Assembly: GCA_965200965.1 (NCBI GenBank) | Contig: OZ241744.1 | Span: 416,001-480,000, forward strand | DNA length: 64,000 bases | Reading direction: 5' to 3' | DNA from: an uncultured Candidatus Binatia bacterium | GTDB lineage: Bacteria; Desulfobacterota; Binatia; Bin18 | Shown: positions 58,512 through 64,000 of the stretch, piece after piece | Position numbering within the stretch: position 1 is the stretch's first letter | Layout of the letters: each line of letters starts with the position of its first letter | Position numbers and translations under genes: made by a program | Notes under the pieces: model-generated | The model's input: only the letters and a program-made list of their open reading frames with translations | The model's database searches: none | What the model was told of the DNA's origin: nothing

Positions 58512-61319
58512 TTAGGTCGCCGCGGCCTTGCGCGCTCTGCGCGGCGTCTGGCGCGGCGGCGCGGGTGGATTGTGGAGGACGGCGTGGGCCGCGGCTAGGC
58601 GCGCAATCGGCACCCGGTAGGGCGAGCACGAGACATAGTCAAGACCGGCCCGGTGGCAGAACTCGACCGAGGCCGGGTCGCCGCCGTGTTCTCCGCAGAC
58701 CCCGATTTTAAGGTCAGGTTTGGTCGCCTTGCCTTTGTGCACGGCCAATTCGACCAGTACGCCAACCCCTTCTGTGTCCAGAGAGACAAAGGGGTCGTTG
58801 GCGAAAATGCCCTGGCTAACATAGTCAGGCAGAAACTTCCCCGCGTCGTCACGGCTGAGACCGAGCGTCATCTGGGTCAGGTCGTTTGTTCCCAGGGAGA
58901 AGAAGTCGGCCGCAGCCGCGATATCGTCGGCTCTCAGGGCGGCCCTGGGGACCTCGATCATTGTGCCGACGGTGTAGGGGATTGTCAGGGCGTGGCTGGC
59001 CGTCACAGCTTCGCACACCTGCTCAATCCGGGCTCTCAGGATCTGCAACTCTTTCTGAAAGCCGACGAGGGGAACCATGATTTCTGGAAAAACTGCGGTG
59101 TTCTCCCGGGCCAGTTCACACGCGGCTTCCATGATGGCCCGCGTCTGGACCTCATAGATCTCTGGATAGGTGACGCCTAGGCGACAGCCGCGGTGGCCGA
59201 GCATCGGGTTGAGTTCGTGCAGGACAGTGCGCTTGACCCGCAGGCGCTCGGCGGATAGGTTCATTTTTCTGGCCAGCGCAGCGATCTCATCGTCGGTGTT
59301 GGGCAAAAACTCGTGCAAGGGCGGGTCAAACAGCCGGATTGTCACTGGCAGACCGGCCATTGCCCGCAGGATGCCGATGAAATCGGCTTTCTGCATGGGC
59401 ATGATTTTATTCAGGGCGCGGATACGGCCGGCGGTGCTGTCGGACAGGATCATCTCGCGCACGGCGTCAATCCGGTCGCCCTCAAAGAACATGTGTTCGG
59501 TCCGGCACAGGCCAATGCCCTCGGCCCCAAAGGCGCGGGCCGTCTGGGCGTCGGCTGGTGTATCGGCGTTGGCCCGGACCAGGAGGCGGCGGCGGCGGTC
59601 GGCCCAGGCCATGAGCGCCTGGTAGGCCGGACTTTCAATTTTCGGCGCGCTGGTCGGGACTTGGCCCCGGAAGACCTCGCCGCTTGCTCCGTCAAGGGTG
59701 ATGAACTCGCCGGCGTGAACAACGAGGTGCTTGGCCGGGATGCGGAATTCCTGTCGCTCGTAGTCAATGTCGAGGGCCTCACAGCCGACAATAGCGCATT
59801 TTCCCATGCCGCGACTGACTAGGGCGGCGTGGGAACTGGCCCCGCCGCGGGCGGTCAGGATGCCCAGGGCGGCGTGCATGCCGTTGATGTCTTCGGGCGA
59901 GGTTTCGAGCCGGACCAGGATCGTTTTGCGGCCGGCCTCCGCGGCCGTTTCGGCGTCTTGGGCGGAAAATACCACCTCGCCGCTGACCGCACCAGGGGAG
60001 GCCGGCAGCCCTTGGGCCAGCAAGTCTTTGGGCGCGTCCGCGGCCAGGGTCGGGTGCAGCAGCTGGTCAAGCTGGGTCGGTGCCACCCGAAGAATGGCGG
60101 TGGCCTCGTCTATCCGCCCTTCGTAGACCATGTCGGCCGCAATCTGTACGGCTGCGGCGGCCGTCCGCTTGCCGGCCCGCGTCTGGAGCAGCCACAGGGT
60201 GCCGCGCTCTGCGGTAAACTCGATGTCCTGGGCATCGGCGTAGTGGTCCTCTAAAACCCTGGCGACCTCCTGGAGCTGGGAGAAACACTCGGGCATCTGT
60301 TCTTCGAGAGACGGATACTCGGCCCTGCGTTCCTCCTCAGAGCGTCCTTCACGCTGGGCGCGCTGGCGTGAGGCGGCCAGGGTCAACTGCTGGGGGGTGC
60401 GGATACCGGCGACCACATCCTCGCCCTGGGCGTTCAGCAGAAAATCTCCGTTCAGTTCGTTCGCGCCGGTCGAGAGATCCCGGGTAAAGGCCACCCCGGT
60501 AGCGCAGTCTTGGCCCAGATTGCCAAAGACCATTGCCTGGACGGTGACCGCAGTGCCCCACTCGCTGGGGATATTCTCGATCCGCCGGTAGGTCACGGCG
60601 CGGGGGTTATTCCACGAGCCGAACACCGCCCCAATCGCTCCCCAGAGCTGATCGTGCGGCTCTTCTGGAAAGGTGACATCGAGGCGGTCGTGGATCAGAC
60701 GCTTGAAGGCGACGACGAGCTCCTGGAGGTCCTGGGCGTCCAAGTCGGTATCGTTGTCCACCCCTCTCTGAGCCTTTTTCTGCTCAAGCAACTGCTCAAA
60801 GGGGTCAATGTCGGTCTTGGAGGCGGGTTTGAGGCCCAGCACCACGTCGCCGTACATCTGCACAAAGCGGCGATAACAGTCATAGGCAAAACGCGGGTCA
60901 CCGGACTGCCGGATCAGGCCCTGGACGGTGGTATCGTTGAGTCCGAGATTGAGCACCGTATCCATCATGCCCGGCATGGACACGCGCGCGCCGGACCGGA
61001 CGGACAGCAGGAGGGGACGCTTGGCATCGCCAAAACGGCGTTTGATAATACGCTCAATACGTCTCAGGCCGGTACGGACCTGGTTGGGCAGCTCTTCTGG
61101 ATAGGTCCGTCCATGCTCATAGTAATGGGAGCAGACCTCGGTGGTGATGGTCAGACCGGGCGGGACGGGCAGACCTAGGCCGGCTATCTCGGCCAGATTG
61201 GCTCCTTTGCCGCCCAGCAGCCAGTTGAGGCTGGCCTTGCCGTCGGCTTTGCCACCGCCGAACGAATAGACATACCGCTTCTCGCGGGAGGTTTTTCCGC
61301 TGCCGCTCGCCTTCTCCAT
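58512..61319 (-). CDS. ppdK: pyruvate, phosphate dikinase
   Basis: GGKGANL, SVRSGA..SMPGMMDT, NAQGEDVVAG, GGASSHAA, GLCRTEHMF, GTNDLTQ, CGEHGGDP. Confidence 0.97.
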   Translation of the reverse strand: MEKASGSGKTSREKRYVYSFGGGKADGKASLNWLLGGKGANLAEIAGLGLPVPPGLTITTEVCSHYYEHGRTYPEELPNQVRTGLRRIERIIKRRFGDAKRPLLLSVRSGARVSMPGMMDTVLNLGLNDTTVQGLIRQSGDPRFAYDCYRRFVQMYGDVVLGLKPASKTDIDPFEQLLEQKKAQRGVDNDTDLDAQDLQELVVAFKRLIHDRLDVTFPEEPHDQLWGAIGAVFGSWNNPRAVTYRRIENIPSEWGTAVTVQAMVFGNLGQDCATGVAFTRDLSTGANELNGDFLLNAQGEDVVAGIRTPQQLTLAASRQRAQREGRSEEERRAEYPSLEEQMPECFSQLQEVARVLEDHYADAQDIEFTAERGTLWLLQTRAGKRTAAAAVQIAADMVYEGRIDEATAILRVAPTQLDQLLHPTLAADAPKDLLAQGLPASPGAVSGEVVFSAQDAETAAEAGRKTILVRLETSPEDINGMHAALGILTARGGASSHAALVSRGMGKCAIVGCEALDIDYERQEFRIPAKHLVVHAGEFITLDGASGEVFRGQVPTSAPKIESPAYQALMAWADRRRRLLVRANADTPADAQTARAFGAEGIGLCRTEHMFFEGDRIDAVREMILSDSTAGRIRALNKIMPMQKADFIGILRAMAGLPVTIRLFDPPLHEFLPNTDDEIAALARKMNLSAERLRVKRTVLHELNPMLGHRGCRLGVTYPEIYEVQTRAIMEAACELARENTAVFPEIMVPLVGFQKELQILRARIEQVCEAVTASHALTIPYTVGTMIEVPRAALRADDIAAAADFFSLGTNDLTQMTLGLSRDDAGKFLPDYVSQGIFANDPFVSLDTEGVGVLVELAVHKGKATKPDLKIGVCGEHGGDPASVEFCHRAGLDYVSCSPYRVPIARLAAAHAVLHNPPAPPRQTPRRARKAAAT

Positions 61320-61350
61320 GACGGTCTCTCTCCTGCCCCACTCCCGAGAC

Positions 61351-61566
61351 TTAGGCTGCCCGATGGCCGCTGATGGCTTCTCGCGACCCTTCAAGCAAGC
61401 CGGCGAGATGGGCCTGTTCACGCTCTACCGTGGCGAGCCGATTTTCTCCCGCGGTAAGCCGGTCTGCCAAGCGCTCTAAGCGCTGGACAAGCGCACGATG
61501 GCTCGTCAGGATCAATCCGGCCAGTGCGGCACCAACGGCGCACACGGTCAGCAACACGGAGGTCAT
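61351..61566 (-). CDS. small TM plus coiled-coil hypothetical protein
   Basis: N-terminal hydrophobic segment, heptad-like RLERLADRL..RLATVEREQAHLAGLLEG. Confidence 0.55.
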   Translation of the reverse strand: MTSVLLTVCAVGAALAGLILTSHRALVQRLERLADRLTAGENRLATVEREQAHLAGLLEGSREAISGHRAA

Positions 61567-61632
61567 GTGGTATCCCTTCTTCGGTCTGCTCTGGCCCCCA
61601 TGGGGTTCCTATCATATCGGGCCCGGTCCGGG

Positions 61633-62412
61633 CTATCCCCCCTGTACGCCGACCTGCTCCAGAAAAGCCAGAGATCTCAGGGGTCTGGTGAGATGCGGGG
61701 ACAGCAGGCGGGTGACAAGCGCCGGCACTTCATTCCTGGTCCGAAGCGATATCTCGGCTGGCAGCGCAGTCTGCGGAGCGTAACAGGTCCGCAAGACCGC
61801 GAAGGTTTCCTGGGACAGCCGCAGTATGGTTCCGCCGTGTCCATGACAGCGCGGACACAGCAGGCCGCCCAACTGGGACGACAGGGCGAGGCCCACGCTG
61901 TCCCAAGCCTGATCGGTCAAGTTCGTCCCACACTGTTGGCAGGTGGTGAAGTTGGGCGCATAGCCGACGTGGCGCAGGATTTGCAGGGCAAACAGCGAGG
62001 CGAACAGCGGCGATAGCCTCGGCTGCGCTTCAAGAGTGCCGAGACCGTCGAGCACGAACTGATAGAGGTCCTGTCCGGCCTCGCGTCCGGCGGTCATCAC
62101 ATCCGCCAGCTCGACAATATAGCTGGCCAGGGCAAAGCGCTCCAGGTCACGACTCGGCCGACGAAACGCCTGTATCAGTTCAGCGTCAAGGAGAAACATC
62201 AGATCCTCCTCGCTCCGACCCGGCCGGAAGCGCAGCCGGATGTGGCTGAACGGCTCAAGTACGTTGACAAAGCGCCGTCGCGAGCGTTTTGCGCCTTTGG
62301 CAATGACGCTGATCTTCCCCCAATCGCGTGACAGACAGGTCACAATTGTATCCGATTCGGCGTAGGGGCGGGTCCGCAGGACAATGGCTGGGCTGCGTTC
62401 TTCTCTCACCAC
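61633..62412 (-). CDS. recO: DNA repair protein RecO
   Basis: AIVLR..Y.ESD.IV, GKI..AKGAKRS.RRF, LEPF, CQQC..CPRC. Confidence 0.92.
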   Translation of the reverse strand: MVREERSPAIVLRTRPYAESDTIVTCLSRDWGKISVIAKGAKRSRRRFVNVLEPFSHIRLRFRPGRSEEDLMFLLDAELIQAFRRPSRDLERFALASYIVELADVMTAGREAGQDLYQFVLDGLGTLEAQPRLSPLFASLFALQILRHVGYAPNFTTCQQCGTNLTDQAWDSVGLALSSQLGGLLCPRCHGHGGTILRLSQETFAVLRTCYAPQTALPAEISLRTRNEVPALVTRLLSPHLTRPLRSLAFLEQVGVQGG

Positions 62413-62440
62413 ATCTTATCGTATCTTGCTGATAATCCGC

Positions 62441-62469
62441 TTGACAGTCCACCGGCGGGTTCTTAGGTT
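62441..62469 (+). promoter_or_regulatory. sigma70-like promoter of grpE-dnaK
   Basis: TTGACA-N17-TAGGTT. Confidence 0.5.
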
Positions 62470-62530
62470 TTGTGTACGATGATTCATCAGTTCCTTCCGA
62501 GCATATCCAACACCATATACGAGGCACAAC

Positions 62531-63184
62531 ATGCAGAAAACCGACCACAATGAGAGCAAGGTGGGGGTGGAAGAGAACGACGAGCGCCGGCAGGCTGAGG
62601 AAGCCGCGCCGTCCGCTGGAGAAGGCACAGCCGCGGCTCAGCAGGACGACTTGGCCGCGGACGACGAACTCAGCGCGCTGCGGGCCGAACTGGAGCAGAA
62701 AGAGGCCGAAGCCACGGCAAACTATGAGCGTTTTCTGCGTGAGCGGGCCGAACTGGAGAATTTCAAACGCCGTATGCAGCGGGAGAAGTCCGAGGCGCTG
62801 CGGTTTGCCAATGAGCCGTTGGTACGCGACTTGCTACCGGTGGTGGATAATCTGGAACGGGCCATTGTCCACGCCCAGGGGGGCGGGAATGGCCAACCCC
62901 TGATAGAGGGCGTACAGCTCGTCTTGCGATCTTTTGTAGAGGTCTTGGAAAAGCACGGTGTGACGCGGGTGCAGGCAACAGGTGAACCCTTTGATCCGGC
63001 CAGGCACGAGGCAATGGTCCAGGTCGAGAGCGAGGAGCTGCCCCCCAATACCGTGATTGAGGAGCACACCCCGGGCTACAGTTTGTACGACCGTTTGCTG
63101 CGGGCGGCCCTGGTCAGTGTATCAAAAGCCCCCGCTGGAGAAGACAATGAACAGGACTCCCCGGACAAAAAATCTGAGGACTGA
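62531..63184 (+). CDS. grpE: nucleotide exchange factor GrpE
   Basis: AELENFKRR, LLPVVDNLERA, FDPARHEA, GY.L.DRLLRAA.V.V. Confidence 0.95.
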   Translation: MQKTDHNESKVGVEENDERRQAEEAAPSAGEGTAAAQQDDLAADDELSALRAELEQKEAEATANYERFLRERAELENFKRRMQREKSEALRFANEPLVRDLLPVVDNLERAIVHAQGGGNGQPLIEGVQLVLRSFVEVLEKHGVTRVQATGEPFDPARHEAMVQVESEELPPNTVIEEHTPGYSLYDRLLRAALVSVSKAPAGEDNEQDSPDKKSED

Positions 63185-63265
63185 CGGTTGCCAAGCTGTC
63201 GGGGGGTGATTAACTACACCGAAGAGGCGGACGGGGGAGCGGTTTTCTCCGAAGGAGACGAAGGC

Positions 63266-64000
63266 ATGGCAAAGATAATTGGAATTGATCTGGGAACCAC
63301 AAATTCGGTGGTAGCGGTCATGGAAGGCGGTGAACCAACGGTCATTACAAACGCCGAGGGCAGCCGTATTACGCCGTCGGTGGCCGCTTTTACCGACGGC
63401 GGCGAGCGCCTCGTCGGGCAGATCGCCAGACGCCAAGCCATTACCAACCCAGAGAATACTATCTTCTCGATTAAACGCCTGATGGGCAACCGCTACCAGG
63501 ACCCGATGGTCGCCAAAGCCAAAGATGTCCTGCCCTACCGTGTGATCGAATCAGACGGCGACGCCTGGGTCGAAATCCGCGGCAAGGAATATAGTCCACC
63601 GGAAGTCTCGGCCTTCATCCTGCAGAAGATGAAGCAAACGGCCGAAGACTATCTGGGCGAGAGCGTGACCGGGGCCGTGGTTACGGTGCCGGCCTATTTT
63701 AACGATTCCCAGCGACAGGCCACCAAGGACGCCGGCCGGATTGCCGGGCTGGACGTCGAGCGCATTATCAACGAGCCGACCGCGGCGTCGCTGGCCTATG
63801 GTCTGGATAAGAAGAGCGATGAAAAAATTGCGGTGTTCGACCTGGGCGGGGGAACGTTTGATATCTCCATCCTGGAAGTCGGCGATGGCGTGTTCGAGGT
63901 AAAATCGACCAACGGCGATACCTTTCTGGGCGGCGATGACTTTGACCAGCGGGTCATTGACTATCTAGCCGACGAATTCAAAAAAGACCAAGGTGTAGAC
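63266..64000 (+). CDS. dnaK: molecular chaperone DnaK (5' part, runs off the window)
   Basis: [47 protein letters not shown]. Confidence 0.97.
   Translation, partial: MAKIIGIDLGTTNSVVAVMEGGEPTVITNAEGSRITPSVAAFTDGGERLVGQIARRQAITNPENTIFSIKRLMGNRYQDPMVAKAKDVLPYRVIESDGDAWVEIRGKEYSPPEVSAFILQKMKQTAEDYLGESVTGAVVTVPAYFNDSQRQATKDAGRIAGLDVERIINEPTAASLAYGLDKKSDEKIAVFDLGGGTFDISILEVGDGVFEVKSTNGDTFLGGDDFDQRVIDYLADEFKKDQGVD

Noticed and set aside
62413-62530. CIRCE operator or hrcA before grpE-dnaK
   Set aside because: No TTAGCACTC-N9-GAGTGCTAA and no hrcA in the interval

Overview
GC-rich bacterial chromosomal window. Gene content (several CaiB/BaiF CoA transferases, amidohydrolases, an F420-type LLM, hpnD, panBC-smpB-ssrA, recO/ppdK, grpE-dnaK) fits a Deltaproteobacteria-like lineage such as Binatia; this is inference only. 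Most of the window is housekeeping and catabolic genes, with many small genes eroded by internal deletions. The main accessory region is a lower-GC defence island at about 35.7-47.3 kb, between nudC and a type I R-M locus (HsdR plus fused HsdM-HsdS). Inside it, the 3' ends of three anchor genes (nudC, a NYN nuclease, hsdS) are each present twice. Each copy diverges from its partner within the last few codons and is followed by different cargo: ClpP-like protease plus small ORF, AAA ATPase plus TOPRIM-like protein, membrane protein plus small ORF, and a DUF2321-like protein. This looks like alternative cassettes stacked in tandem. Other notable items: a sodium:solute symporter fused to tandem winged-helix domains; an unannotated structured RNA with a 13-codon ORF (24.2-24.6 kb); a UxxC selenoprotein peroxiredoxin truncated in the ORF track; tmRNA; a pan-like RNA; a sigma-54/NtrC-like amtB promoter; and a terminator-containing leader before yjbQ-dxr-hpnD. 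Several single-base frameshifts fall in homopolymer runs and may be sequencing errors. All calls come from reading the sequence; no database searches were run.
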